Source of the DNA: an uncultured virus (IMG/VR IMGVR_UViG_3300034013_000904) | Lineage: Duplodnaviria; Heunggongvirae; Uroviricota; Caudoviricetes | Strand: one strand, 5' to 3' | Virus record (IMG/VR): IMGVR_UViG_3300034013_000904 | Length of the DNA stretch: 20,000 nucleotides | Shown: positions 1 to 7,521 of the stretch, one piece after another | How positions within the stretch are numbered: position 1 is the first letter of the stretch | Layout of the letters: every line of letters begins with the position of its first letter | Position numbers and translations under genes: made by a program | Notes under the pieces: model-generated | Database searches by the model: none | Seen by the model: the letters and a program-made list of their open reading frames with translations, nothing else | Told to the model about the DNA's origin: nothing

Positions 1-138
1 AATGCTGCCGGATTTGATGCTCAGCACCAAGGTGCTGTGATTGCGCACACTCAGCGTGCCCTTGATCTTATACTTGCTCAGCACACGCTTCACAGCAGGA
101 GTGATCTCATTCTTGCGAGTTTGGTTCATGTAGGCCAT
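1..138 (-). CDS. Hypothetical phage protein, N-terminal part (runs off window edge): MAYMNQTRKNEITPAVKRVLSKYKIKGTLSVRNHSTLVLSIKSGSI...
   Basis: Translated by hand (absent from ORF track). ATG at 138, open to position 1, directly downstream of the promoter at 166-194. Confidence 0.8.
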   Translation of the reverse strand, partial: MAYMNQTRKNEITPAVKRVLSKYKIKGTLSVRNHSTLVLSIKSGSI

Positions 139-165
139 ATCACCGTGTCCCTGTTGTGCAAACTC

Positions 166-194
166 AATATAGCACCAGCTTCAAAGCCCTGCAA
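166..194 (-). promoter_or_regulatory. Sigma70-like promoter TTGCAG-N17-TATATT (extended TGC before -10)
   Basis: Variant of the repeated motif, immediately upstream of the ATG at 138. Confidence 0.55.
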
Positions 195-432
195 GCACTT
201 TTTCAGCCTCATCGGGACGGAGACGCATGTTTTCCACACGGATCATCACCACAAACTTTTCACAGACCGCGTCATAAGCCTGGGTGAGAGCCCCATGCGT
301 CCACATGGGATGCTGGGAGTCAGTCCTCTTGATGATGACCCAACCATCCTCGTCCACTGTAATGCGATACACGTAGTCCTCACGCTCTAGCGCATATGTG
401 GTCTGGATCACTTTGAGCTTGCTGAGGTTCAT
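181..432 (-). CDS. Hypothetical protein (83 aa, MNLSKLKVIQ...)
   Basis: ORF 181-465; start moved to ATG 432, which follows a GAGGGAG SD. Confidence 0.75.
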   Translation of the reverse strand: MNLSKLKVIQTTYALEREDYVYRITVDEDGWVIIKRTDSQHPMWTHGALTQAYDAVCEKFVVMIRVENMRLRPDEAEKVLAGL

Positions 433-437
433 CTCTA

Positions 438-689
438 CTACTCCCTCTTCATTGAAGCGCCGCACAGCAAAAAATCCGCCACATCAGAGCCTGCACGCTC
501 CGTACGCCGGGTCTCGTATCCCGTCCCTGCCAGCAGTTCGGCAGCAAGGGCGATACGGTCAGCGTCTGACATGGAGAGCAGTTCCTGTGCCATCCACTCG
601 CCTCCACCGTTTGACCCAAACGACACATCTGTAAGGCTGTCATTAACCACCTTACGCCAGCCCATCAACGCTTTCACAGCCCTCATCAT
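438..689 (-). CDS. Hypothetical protein (83 aa, MMRAVKALMG...)
   Basis: ORF 438-716; ATG 689 follows a GAGGAG SD and lies downstream of promoter 717-744. Confidence 0.75.
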   Translation of the reverse strand: MMRAVKALMGWRKVVNDSLTDVSFGSNGGGEWMAQELLSMSDADRIALAAELLAGTGYETRRTERAGSDVADFLLCGASMKRE

Positions 690-716
690 GTCTGCGGTCT
701 CCTCTCTTGCAACCAC

Positions 717-744
717 ACTATAGCAGGGTTTGAGCAGGGGTCAA
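717..744 (-). promoter_or_regulatory. Sigma70-like promoter TTGACC-N16-TATAGT
   Basis: Repeated motif; the -35 box contains the TGA stop of CDS 741-902. Confidence 0.75.
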
Positions 745-902
745 CCCAAAGAATCTACATCCAGCCAACTTTCCTCACTGCCCCGAGAGCCCACAGTGAG
801 ACAGGTGCCATCATCAAAGCGAATCTCGAGATACTCATCACCATAGCGAGTGATGCTCTCCACAGTGCGACCCACAAACTTCCTAAGCTCTTCGTCCCAC
901 AT
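741..902 (-). CDS. Small hypothetical protein (53 aa) MWDEELRKFVGRTVESITRYGDEYLEIRFDDGTCLTVGSRGSEESWLDVDSLG; paralog of 2497-2652
   Basis: Translated by hand (below track cutoff). GGAG SD 7 nt upstream; fills the gap exactly; aligns with 2497-2652. Confidence 0.8.
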   Translation of the reverse strand: MWDEELRKFVGRTVESITRYGDEYLEIRFDDGTCLTVGSRGSEESWLDVDSLG

Positions 903-914
903 TTGCTGTCTCCA

Positions 915-1157
915 TCAACTCTTGGGAGTTTCGACAGGAATGCACATCGTCAGCTTGAAGTCCACACCAGTCTCGCCTGACCTTGCACTCCCTCTCTCAT
1001 TTTGGAGACGCTTGTTGATCCCGGTGATTTGTGCCAGGGCGGTCAAACACGCCTCTTGGGTCGCAAACCCATTTATCTGGGTAGATTCCAAGGAACTGCT
1101 GGATGCTCGAGATTCGGCCCACAGCAGCATGGTCCAAAGTGTGATGGTGGCTATCAT
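915..1157 (-). CDS. Small protein with hydrophobic N-terminus (possible signal peptide) and two Cys
   Basis: 80-aa ORF beginning MIATITLWTMLLWAES; operon-like spacing. Confidence 0.7.
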   Translation of the reverse strand: MIATITLWTMLLWAESRASSSSLESTQINGFATQEACLTALAQITGINKRLQNERGSARSGETGVDFKLTMCIPVETPKS

Positions 1158-1167
1158 TTTTGTGTTC

Positions 1168-1449
1168 CTAGGCCAGCATCACATAGTGCCCGGCAGCATA
1201 GGTGACTGAGTCAGGCTTGTCCTCATCATCCATGTGCTGGTCATACTCGTCCTCCTGGATCAATCGGAGGTCCGGGGTACCATCGTCAAAGTCCGTGGTG
1301 CAGTCCCAGTTGCCGTTGTAGAGCTGAGTATCAAACAGCAGAGCAATCTCGGCACGCTTGTGGCTGTAGTCATAGCCTGCTTCCTTCAGGCTCTGGATCA
1401 CCTCGTCAGCTTCCTGGAGGCATTCGGAAACAGAAGTTTGCGTGTTCAT
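1168..1449 (-). CDS. Acidic hypothetical protein (93 aa)
   Basis: ORF track; GAGGT SD upstream; D/E-rich. Confidence 0.75.
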   Translation of the reverse strand: MNTQTSVSECLQEADEVIQSLKEAGYDYSHKRAEIALLFDTQLYNGNWDCTTDFDDGTPDLRLIQEDEYDQHMDDEDKPDSVTYAAGHYVMLA

Positions 1450-1493
1450 TTTTGGTACCTCAGTTCTGCTTGTTGCTGTGGTGGGTGTGGCTG

Positions 1494-1724
1494 TTACGCC
1501 ACAGCCTCCTCGCCAAAGTCGTCATAAATGCAATCGTAGATGCGTTCCATGATCTCTTCAGAGGCATCGTCCCGATGCAGGAAGTGCTCAGCAGCAATCT
1601 CGTCATACATGTTCTGCAGGTAGTTATGCTCCTCGTTGGTGCAGCCTTCACCATATGCCACCGCATCATAGATGTCGATCTCGTCCGAGAGGATCTTCCG
1701 AGCCAGTTCAGTGCTGATACCCAT
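1494..1724 (-). CDS. Acidic hypothetical protein (76 aa, MGISTELARK...)
   Basis: ORF 1494-1775; ATG 1724 follows AGAAGG and lies downstream of promoter 1776-1803. Confidence 0.75.
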   Translation of the reverse strand: MGISTELARKILSDEIDIYDAVAYGEGCTNEEHNYLQNMYDEIAAEHFLHRDDASEEIMERIYDCIYDDFGEEAVA

Positions 1725-1775
1725 TGTAACCTTCTTTCCTGTTGTGCAACCAGCCCCTGCTGCTTGCGTGCTCAC

Positions 1776-1803
1776 ATATTAGCAAAGTTTTGGTTTCAGT
1801 CAA
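1776..1803 (-). promoter_or_regulatory. Sigma70-like promoter TTGACT-N16-TAATAT with upstream A-tract
   Basis: AAAAAAACTGGTTGACT...TGCTAATAT on the minus strand. Confidence 0.7.
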
Positions 1804-1818
1804 CCAGTTTTTTCTGGA

Positions 1819-2136
1819 TTATGCCACACTCCACGGCATTTTATCTTCTCGCAAGATATATTCGCTGCCATCATAGTCATGCACCACAAACCGTGTGCCC
1901 TCAGGGATCCATGAGACTGCGAGCTGATCCAACCCGCCAATCCCGAATTCCTCACCGTAAGCTAGAGCGAGATAGGTTATAATTTCTCTCAATTGGCTTT
2001 TGGGTTTTCCCGCCATCACCCAATCTACTACTGCGGGATCAGTTAGGCAGGAGGGAAAGCTGGGGTCATACCAACATGATCCAAAACCTGGGCTGTAGAG
2101 CACAGCCACATGACCATCTGTCACCAGTTTACTCAC
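1819..2136 (-). CDS. Hypothetical phage protein (105 aa; VAVLYSPGFG...WIPEGTRF...YDGSE)
   Basis: GTG 2136 follows a GGAG SD and sits 1 nt after the upstream stop. Confidence 0.8.
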   Translation of the reverse strand: MSKLVTDGHVAVLYSPGFGSCWYDPSFPSCLTDPAVVDWVMAGKPKSQLREIITYLALAYGEEFGIGGLDQLAVSWIPEGTRFVVHDYDGSEYILREDKMPWSVA

Positions 2137-2137
2137 G

Positions 2138-2446
2138 TCAGCTGCTCCAGTAACTCTCACTACCGACTGAACAGTGCCACGGTGTGTCAGCACGCTCGAG
2201 CACGGTGGCTCCCGTCATAAGATTAGTGACCTCCCGCATGGGCACCTGTGCCTTGTATGTTGCCTCGTCCATAACCTCATAGTCGGAGCGAGGATACTTT
2301 TTGCCTGCGAGATAGGCGTCCATATCAATTTTGGTCAAGCGGGTCTTCGCCGCTTTGGCAGCACGCTCAGTGCTGTAGGTTTCCTTCCGAGTGCGCGGAT
2401 GCTTCACCAGGCAGCGAGTCTTGAGATCAATAACAACAAACTGCAT
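2138..2446 (-). CDS. Hypothetical phage protein (102 aa; C-terminal TPWHCSVGSESYWSS)
   Basis: ATG 2446 follows a GAGGAG SD and lies downstream of promoter 2472-2500. Confidence 0.8.
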   Translation of the reverse strand: MQFVVIDLKTRCLVKHPRTRKETYSTERAAKAAKTRLTKIDMDAYLAGKKYPRSDYEVMDEATYKAQVPMREVTNLMTGATVLERADTPWHCSVGSESYWSS

Positions 2447-2471
2447 AGCACAACTCCTCTTTTGGTAGCGC

Positions 2472-2500
2472 ATACTAGCTGAAGGCTACTGCTCTGTCAA
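2472..2500 (-). promoter_or_regulatory. Sigma70-like promoter TTGACA-N17-TAGTAT
   Basis: Repeated motif; the -35 box contains the TGA stop of CDS 2497-2652. Confidence 0.75.
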
Positions 2501-2652
2501 TCGGTGAAGTCAACACTCAACCACTGCGGCTCAGTGCCGTGCGCCATCACATCCAGCTCGCTTCCGTCCTCAAACGTGAGCCGGAAATAACCGTCTCCAA
2601 ACATTTCGGCTTTGGCTACAGTGCGCCCAATCAGTTTGCTGAGGTCGTCCAT
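2497..2652 (-). CDS. Small hypothetical protein (51 aa) MDDLSKLIGRTVAKAEMFGDGYFRLTFEDGSELDVMAHGTEPQWLSVDFTD; paralog of 741-902
   Basis: ATG 2652 follows an AAGGAG SD and has its own promoter at 2679-2706. Confidence 0.8.
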   Translation of the reverse strand: MDDLSKLIGRTVAKAEMFGDGYFRLTFEDGSELDVMAHGTEPQWLSVDFTD

Positions 2653-2678
2653 CGCTCTAGCTCCTTGCTTGCCCCGCC

Positions 2679-2706
2679 ATTGTAGCAGCCTAGAGAAGAT
2701 TGTCAA
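2679..2706 (-). promoter_or_regulatory. Sigma70-like promoter TTGACA-N16-TACAAT
   Basis: Repeated motif in an intergenic gap. Confidence 0.75.
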
Positions 2707-2716
2707 CCAGAAAAAT

Positions 2717-3031
2717 TCACTTGTCTTCCTCATGCTCTGGCACAACTGGATCAAACCACACATGGGGAAACATCTGCTCGAGACTTCTAACATCTAGGTC
2801 GCGGAGCTCACTCCCATCAATCCCCGGAGGGGGAGCACCGTGAGCCCGAGTTTCGAGCCAAGGTTCAGGGTCACGCTTTTTGCTAATTATCAATCCTGTT
2901 GCTCTATCAGCGAGATTACCATTGGCGTACTCTCGCTGATAGAGATGCGTGACCACAAACAAGCTGTCAGGCTTGCGCTTTTTTGAAGCCAGGATCATGC
3001 CCACACAAATCATCTTTGAAACTTCATTCAT
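2717..3031 (-). CDS. Hypothetical protein (104 aa)
   Basis: ORF track; overlaps the upstream gene by 8 nt; GGAGG SD. Confidence 0.7.
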   Translation of the reverse strand: MNEVSKMICVGMILASKKRKPDSLFVVTHLYQREYANGNLADRATGLIISKKRDPEPWLETRAHGAPPPGIDGSELRDLDVRSLEQMFPHVWFDPVVPEHEEDK

Positions 3032-3278
3032 CGTCCAGCACCTCCACAGTGACTCGCACTCGCTTGTTCAGCAACTGAGCCATTTCGGTATGCTCGCGCT
3101 GATCATCCCAGCTCTGCAAGCGCACAAACAGCCCGGTCTCACTGGTGTTTGCAAACTCCACAAGCTGTGCCTGTCCACCATCTTGCACCTCCACGGCTGT
3201 CTCATGCTCCTCAAGTCGACGACGCTTGCCTGAGGCATCACGCTCAGCAACTACGGACAGAGTCCATTCCCATTTCAT
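3024..3278 (-). CDS. Hypothetical protein (84 aa)
   Basis: ORF track; starts 1 nt after the upstream stop. Confidence 0.7.
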   Translation of the reverse strand: MKWEWTLSVVAERDASGKRRRLEEHETAVEVQDGGQAQLVEFANTSETGLFVRLQSWDDQREHTEMAQLLNKRVRVTVEVLDDE

Positions 3279-3279
3279 A

Positions 3280-3504
3280 CTAGCACCATGTAAGTTGAAA
3301 CATCAAGGCTATAGCGGGGTCGCGAAACTTGAATTCCCAAGGGCCATAATGGTAACACCAGTCACCTCTGTAGACTCCAGCATGAGCGTTGCACCACCTT
3401 TTGGCCGCTTCGAAATCAGTGTAGGATCCTCGCCCCTTGCGAGTCCACTTGACTGCATGCCAAGTTTTCTGTGGTGTTTGAAACGCCTTGCGGTTGATGG
3501 TCAC
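3280..3504 (-). CDS. Hypothetical protein (74 aa, Trp-rich; C-terminal FKFRDPAIALMFQLTW)
   Basis: ORF track; GTG start after a GGGG SD. Confidence 0.75.
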   Translation of the reverse strand: MTINRKAFQTPQKTWHAVKWTRKGRGSYTDFEAAKRWCNAHAGVYRGDWCYHYGPWEFKFRDPAIALMFQLTWC

Positions 3505-3512
3505 TTTTCCCC

Positions 3513-3782
3513 CTAGTAGCCGTCAGCGTTGCGACGCTCGTCTCGCTCACCTTCTCGCCGACTCTCGTCCCGAATAGTCAGCATGCGATCATACAGGCTT
3601 TCAGCAGAATAGGGATTTTCGCGTTCCCAACTGAAAGTTTTGGGCATGCTGTTGAGCTCACGGCAGGCAGCTTCAGCCTCCTCCCGCTTGAGGTAGACCG
3701 TGTCCGGCATGCCAGTGTCAAAGCTGTAGGGATTATTGTGGATATAGACCACAACCCAAAGCTCACTGGTGTTGATTGACAT
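3513..3782 (-). CDS. Hypothetical protein (89 aa, MSINTSELWVVV...)
   Basis: ATG 3782 follows a GAGGA SD and lies downstream of promoter 3808-3835. Confidence 0.8.
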   Translation of the reverse strand: MSINTSELWVVVYIHNNPYSFDTGMPDTVYLKREEAEAACRELNSMPKTFSWERENPYSAESLYDRMLTIRDESRREGERDERRNADGY

Positions 3783-3807
3783 GGTGCTGTCCTCGCTTGA
3801 TGTGGGG

Positions 3808-3835
3808 ATTATAGCAGACTCGAGCTGAATGTCAA
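3808..3835 (-). promoter_or_regulatory. Consensus sigma70 promoter TTGACA-N16-TATAAT
   Basis: Both hexamers perfect; the -35 box contains the TGA stop of CDS 3832-4050. Confidence 0.85.
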
Positions 3836-4050
3836 GAGGTAAAATGTTCTGGGGCTTTGACCAAATCACCGGGAGGTCGAAGGATTGTGGTCTCCTCCGT
3901 ATCGCCATACCGGCGTCGTCGCTCATAGCTGACTCGCACCTGCTGTGCTGTGAATCCTACAATCGTGCCAACAACCAGGCTCTTGTATCCGTGCGGGGTC
4001 AGAGCCACCTTATCGCCAACGTTCAAATCCTGACCAAATACGTCCTGCAC
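3832..4050 (-). CDS. Small protein, possible SH3/KOW-like beta-barrel (DVFGQDLNVGDKVA...)
   Basis: 72-aa ORF; AAGGAG SD; the 'GQxLxVGDxV' pattern suggests the fold (inference). Confidence 0.75.
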   Translation of the reverse strand: MQDVFGQDLNVGDKVALTPHGYKSLVVGTIVGFTAQQVRVSYERRRRYGDTEETTILRPPGDLVKAPEHFTS

Positions 4051-4071
4051 TATCCGGTACTCCTTGAGATA

Positions 4072-4299
4072 TCAAACTGACACTGGAGTTTCTGGTTCCA
4101 CATCCAAAACACCCGGGAGGATGCGAGCTGCCTCGGCAATAGACTGATCTGCCCTGCCGGTGATCACGCCAATTGCATCCATTACCGTCAACTGCAAGAA
4201 TCCTAGTTTCTTGAGCTCAACAACCACATTATGGGCCTGTTGAGTTCCATCGAGCGTGACAAGCCAAACTTGTAGATCTCTGTCCTGCTGGTGATTCAT
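4072..4299 (-). CDS. Small protein resembling the peptidase inhibitor I9/subtilisin-propeptide fold
   Basis: 75 aa; GAGGA SD; pattern WLVTL...IGVITG...ARILPGVLDVEPE. Fold call is inference. Confidence 0.6.
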   Translation of the reverse strand: MNHQQDRDLQVWLVTLDGTQQAHNVVVELKKLGFLQLTVMDAIGVITGRADQSIAEAARILPGVLDVEPETPVSV

Positions 4300-4322
4300 G
4301 AGCTTTCCTCGTTTGTGTGACC

Positions 4323-4350
4323 ACTATAGCAGGCTTTAGGACATTGTCAA
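4323..4350 (-). promoter_or_regulatory. Sigma70-like promoter TTGACA-N16-TATAGT
   Basis: Repeated motif overlapping the 3' end of CDS 4336-4692. Confidence 0.8.
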
Positions 4351-4692
4351 GCTATTCCTGGCATCTCGAACCAAGGCAGCCAACTCTTCTGGCGTGAGCT
4401 TTTGGCGAGCCTGCTCCAGCAGCCTCTGCTCCTTGCTTTTGCGTGGTGTGGGATTCTGGGCGCGACGAGCAGCAGCCGCATCGAGCTTTTTGACTCGAGC
4501 CCTCCACTCTTCCTCACTCTCTAGCTCTTCCCAGGCAAGATACACTGAGGTTTCATCATACCAGCTGTCAAGAACCAATACAGCACCATGTTGCAGCTCA
4601 GGTAGGTCCTCTAGACGGTAAGGTCCGCTGTATTGGTCAAGATCACGACGACGTTCAACAGTGCGCCGGTCTCTAGCATTGGGCTTGCTCAT
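4336..4692 (-). CDS. Hypothetical protein (118 aa, MSKPNARDRR...)
   Basis: ATG 4692 overlaps the upstream stop (ATGA); AAGGA SD. Confidence 0.75.
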   Translation of the reverse strand: MSKPNARDRRTVERRRDLDQYSGPYRLEDLPELQHGAVLVLDSWYDETSVYLAWEELESEEEWRARVKKLDAAAARRAQNPTPRKSKEQRLLEQARQKLTPEELAALVRDARNSLTMS

Positions 4693-4925
4693 GGTGTGAG
4701 TTCCTTGCCTTTGAGAAGAGTGTGGATGTATTCGGCTGCCACACCAGGAATGGTGATGGTTTTGGGAAACGGACCAGGACCCTGTTGAAACACTGCGCTT
4801 TCTCGATCGGTCCACCCAATCAACACGCAGTTGGGAGGAGCGGCTGCCATCCACCAATCGTGATCCTTGCGGATCTCTGCAAGATCCTGATCATCAAGCT
4901 TGGGCTTGAGTGCAGCCCGGCTCAC
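4689..4925 (-). CDS. Hypothetical protein (78 aa)
   Basis: ORF track; 4-nt overlaps with both neighbours. Confidence 0.7.
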   Translation of the reverse strand: MSRAALKPKLDDQDLAEIRKDHDWWMAAAPPNCVLIGWTDRESAVFQQGPGPFPKTITIPGVAAEYIHTLLKGKELTP

Positions 4926-5239
4926 TGCTTGTCCCCATATAGCTCGAGGATGGCCTGTGCCACCAGCACAGCTTGCTCGCGCCCTATGAAGAAGCGAGCG
5001 TCAATCTTGCCCTCGCTATTGACATCTCGAATCTCCATACCATCAAGTCCGTCAGCATCGGGACCCACATAAAAGTGGTTACCGGTGTCCTCATCATAGA
5101 CCTTGATCACACGCTCGATGGTAAAACGCTTGGTCATGGGACGGATCTCCTCATATGGGGGAAGTTGTGGAATGCTGCCTTGGCAGCCACGCTGTCTGCA
5201 CCACATGCTGTCACAGTCTGGGCACTCGTTTGGCATCAC
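4922..5239 (-). CDS. Hypothetical protein (105 aa; Cys-rich N-terminal 34 aa; alternative start at 5137)
   Basis: ORF track; internal in-frame ATG 5137 follows a GAGGAG SD. Confidence 0.7.
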   Translation of the reverse strand: MMPNECPDCDSMWCRQRGCQGSIPQLPPYEEIRPMTKRFTIERVIKVYDEDTGNHFYVGPDADGLDGMEIRDVNSEGKIDARFFIGREQAVLVAQAILELYGDKQ

Positions 5240-5261
5240 CTAGCCTTTGCTCTACGCCTGG

Positions 5262-5289
5262 ATAATAGCACAAATCACAGAGGTGTCAA
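5262..5289 (-). promoter_or_regulatory. Sigma70-like promoter TTGACA-N16-TATTAT
   Basis: Repeated motif in an intergenic gap. Confidence 0.8.
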
Positions 5290-5298
5290 CTGGAATTT

Positions 5299-5490
5299 TC
5301 AATAAAATTTCACCGGAATTTTGTTGCCGCATCCCGGGCAAGCCAGCTCTCTAATCTGCTCACGGTCACCGCTGTAGTCTCCTACCCACCGTGTGGTGGT
5401 CTCGCTCTGGGTGTACTCCAAAATGCTGGCGCAGAACCGACAGGTCACACGCCGCATCTCCCGCTCGTCCTTGCCAATGATCCTTACCAT
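5299..5490 (-). CDS. Small zinc-ribbon protein (CRFC...CPGC)
   Basis: 63 aa with two CxxC motifs. Confidence 0.75.
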   Translation of the reverse strand: MVRIIGKDEREMRRVTCRFCASILEYTQSETTTRWVGDYSGDREQIRELACPGCGNKIPVKFY

Positions 5491-5502
5491 CTACTCTATC
5501 CT

Positions 5503-5832
5503 TTAGGGCACGCGGCAGTCCCGTGCCCAGCCAGTATGCATGACATTGCACACCACAGTGGCGGGGTTGGTTTTGAGGATGGCCAGCACAGTTTCGGCCT
5601 GGCCGGTGCTGGTGGCTGTCTTCTCACCCGCCTCATCACACAGCAGCTTGACGCGGATGGTCTCGCTGCCGCTGACAACTTCGCCCACCTCACACCGTGC
5701 GTCAGAGGTTCGCACTCGAGTTTCTTTGCTGCCTAGGACCATGAAAAACAGCGCCAGGCTGGTGACAGCCACAGCCACCACTGCTCCCATTGGGGGGATC
5801 AAAAAGCTGCCGTTGCGGATGATGTTAATCAT
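5503..5832 (-). CDS. Membrane-anchored protein (109 aa; one N-terminal TM segment, 4 Cys)
   Basis: ATG 5832 follows AAGGA; hydrophobic stretch GAVVAVAVTSLALFFMVLG. Confidence 0.7.
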   Translation of the reverse strand: MINIIRNGSFLIPPMGAVVAVAVTSLALFFMVLGSKETRVRTSDARCEVGEVVSGSETIRVKLLCDEAGEKTATSTGQAETVLAILKTNPATVVCNVMHTGWARDCRVP

Positions 5833-6307
5833 TGTTGTTGTCCTTAATGGTGATGGTGGGGCAAAAACGCTGTTTGACGCCAATGAGATAGCGCCCAAAC
5901 ACCTGTAGGAATGTGGGCGCACGCTGAGGAGCTTTCTTGACTGCGCTGCTGGTCTTTCTTGCCACCCACCGGATGGCCTCAGGTGCTCCCACAACAGCCG
6001 TTGCCACCAACATAGCGGCAGCAAACACACCAACAAAAAGTCCCACAGTCATGGCCACCGTTGTGACATTGAACAGCAGGAAGGGCATCACCAGCATCAC
6101 AAACGCCACCCACGCCCACACAGCCAAGTTCAGCAGGGCCACCAGGGTGCCCAGCAGGATTGTGCGGAAGAAGGTGCAGAGGTCGGTGCCCTTATTCATA
6201 GCCCTCTCTACTCGTCGACTAGCGTATCCTGGATTGAGCCACCGGTCCAGAATATTGCAGTTCCATAGGAACCACTTCACATACCATTGATCACTGTTGA
6301 CTTGCAC
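5825..6307 (-). CDS. Membrane protein (160 aa, about 2 TM helices)
   Basis: Long central hydrophobic tract; AGGAG SD before GTG. Confidence 0.8.
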   Translation of the reverse strand: MQVNSDQWYVKWFLWNCNILDRWLNPGYASRRVERAMNKGTDLCTFFRTILLGTLVALLNLAVWAWVAFVMLVMPFLLFNVTTVAMTVGLFVGVFAAAMLVATAVVGAPEAIRWVARKTSSAVKKAPQRAPTFLQVFGRYLIGVKQRFCPTITIKDNNND

Positions 6308-6310
6308 GGT

Positions 6311-7006
6311 TTACACTCCTGTCAAAATGTCTTGAATCATTGCCTTGACCTTGATGTTGAATGCCCGTTGGCGTGAGCACCAAGATTCATAGCTGGCTGG
6401 CCGACCACCATCACCAAAACGTTGAGCCAAGTGAGCCGAAGTTTGGCTCGCAAACTGGATGTTGGCCTCGTGCTGTTTCGCATTGGTTTCAGGGTCAAAT
6501 CCATACTGGTCAGGCTCACTGCGAAACACTACAAAAATCATCTCACGCACTGCTGCAAGCCATTCGGGGTCAACATCATCTGGCACCTGGCTCATCCGGC
6601 TGTAGGCACAGAGAGGATAAATGCTTTTGGCTGAGAAGCTGTCTCTGAGCCTGGTCGGTGTGTTGTGGCTCCACTCCACTAGTGCCAGATCATTGGCATT
6701 TTCGACGGTGGCCCTAATCCGCATGCTCTCCTGCTGGATCATCACACGATATCGAGCCAAAGTAGAGGCATCCATCTCGTTGGCATCTTCCTCCAGCCGC
6801 TCTCTCATCCACTTGGTGTTTTCTGCTACCAGCTGTTCCACAGTGCGCAAAGGTGGCTCGTCAAATATGCTCACTAGCTGTCCATCCTGCCATTCCATGC
6901 CATTGCCAATCACACAAAACCACTGTTCCAGCACATCAGTACGGCAGCGATAAAGAGTGGGGTAGCGTCGGATGCTGTCTGCAATACGCTTGTTGATCAG
7001 GCTCAC
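6311..7006 (-). CDS. Hypothetical protein (231 aa)
   Basis: GTG start after a GAGGTG SD; promoter at 7034-7061. Confidence 0.8.
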   Translation of the reverse strand: MSLINKRIADSIRRYPTLYRCRTDVLEQWFCVIGNGMEWQDGQLVSIFDEPPLRTVEQLVAENTKWMRERLEEDANEMDASTLARYRVMIQQESMRIRATVENANDLALVEWSHNTPTRLRDSFSAKSIYPLCAYSRMSQVPDDVDPEWLAAVREMIFVVFRSEPDQYGFDPETNAKQHEANIQFASQTSAHLAQRFGDGGRPASYESWCSRQRAFNIKVKAMIQDILTGV

Positions 7007-7033
7007 GTTCTCACCTCTTGCGTGTCAATAGGC

Positions 7034-7061
7034 ATAGTAGCACAGACATAGACTGAGTCAA
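7034..7061 (-). promoter_or_regulatory. Sigma70-like promoter TTGACT-N16-TACTAT
   Basis: Repeated motif directly after the terminator hairpin. Confidence 0.7.
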
Positions 7062-7097
7062 GAGAAAAAGTGAGGGGCACGGTCACACCCCTCACTT
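7062..7097 (-). terminator. Rho-independent terminator
   Basis: 10-bp inverted repeat aagtgagggg (7068-7077) / cccctcactt (7088-7097), running into a T-tract on the minus strand, just after the stop at 7104. Confidence 0.8.
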
Positions 7098-7103
7098 GAG
7101 CAA

Positions 7104-7508
7104 TCAGCCGTCCAGCTGGGCCAGGCGGGCCAGCAGCTCATCCTTGCTGGCCTTGGTGAGCTCTTCGGATTCGCGAGCTGCCAGTGCATCCAGGATGCGA
7201 GCACGCTCCACAGCACGCTGGGCACGCTGCTCGGCCAGCCGGTTCTCTTCCTGTCGCACAGCGATGATGGATTTGACCAGTTCCAGCTTGCCTTCAGCAG
7301 TGGAGCGAGCAGGGTTGCTCCGTGTTTCCACAAAGCTTTCCTCGCCTAGGTCCTTGACCTCTTGGTTGAGGCCCCGAGCCACGGAGTTGAGGTCAAAGCC
7401 ATTCTTGGCTAGGAGTGGCATGCTCCACAGTTGCTCGGTGGTGAGCTCGCCACGAGTGCTGGGAAAGCGCCAAGCCTGTCGAGAAGCGGTAACAAAAAGA
7501 TCGTTCAT
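7104..7508 (-). CDS. Helical/coiled-coil phage protein (134 aa; RFPSTRGELTTEQLWSMPL), partner of 7522-9498
   Basis: ATG 7508 follows AAAGGA; 13 nt after the stop of the large gene; shares its promoter and terminator. Confidence 0.85.
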   Translation of the reverse strand: MNDLFVTASRQAWRFPSTRGELTTEQLWSMPLLAKNGFDLNSVARGLNQEVKDLGEESFVETRSNPARSTAEGKLELVKSIIAVRQEENRLAEQRAQRAVERARILDALAARESEELTKASKDELLARLAQLDG

Positions 7509-7521
7509 GTTGGGTGTCCTT

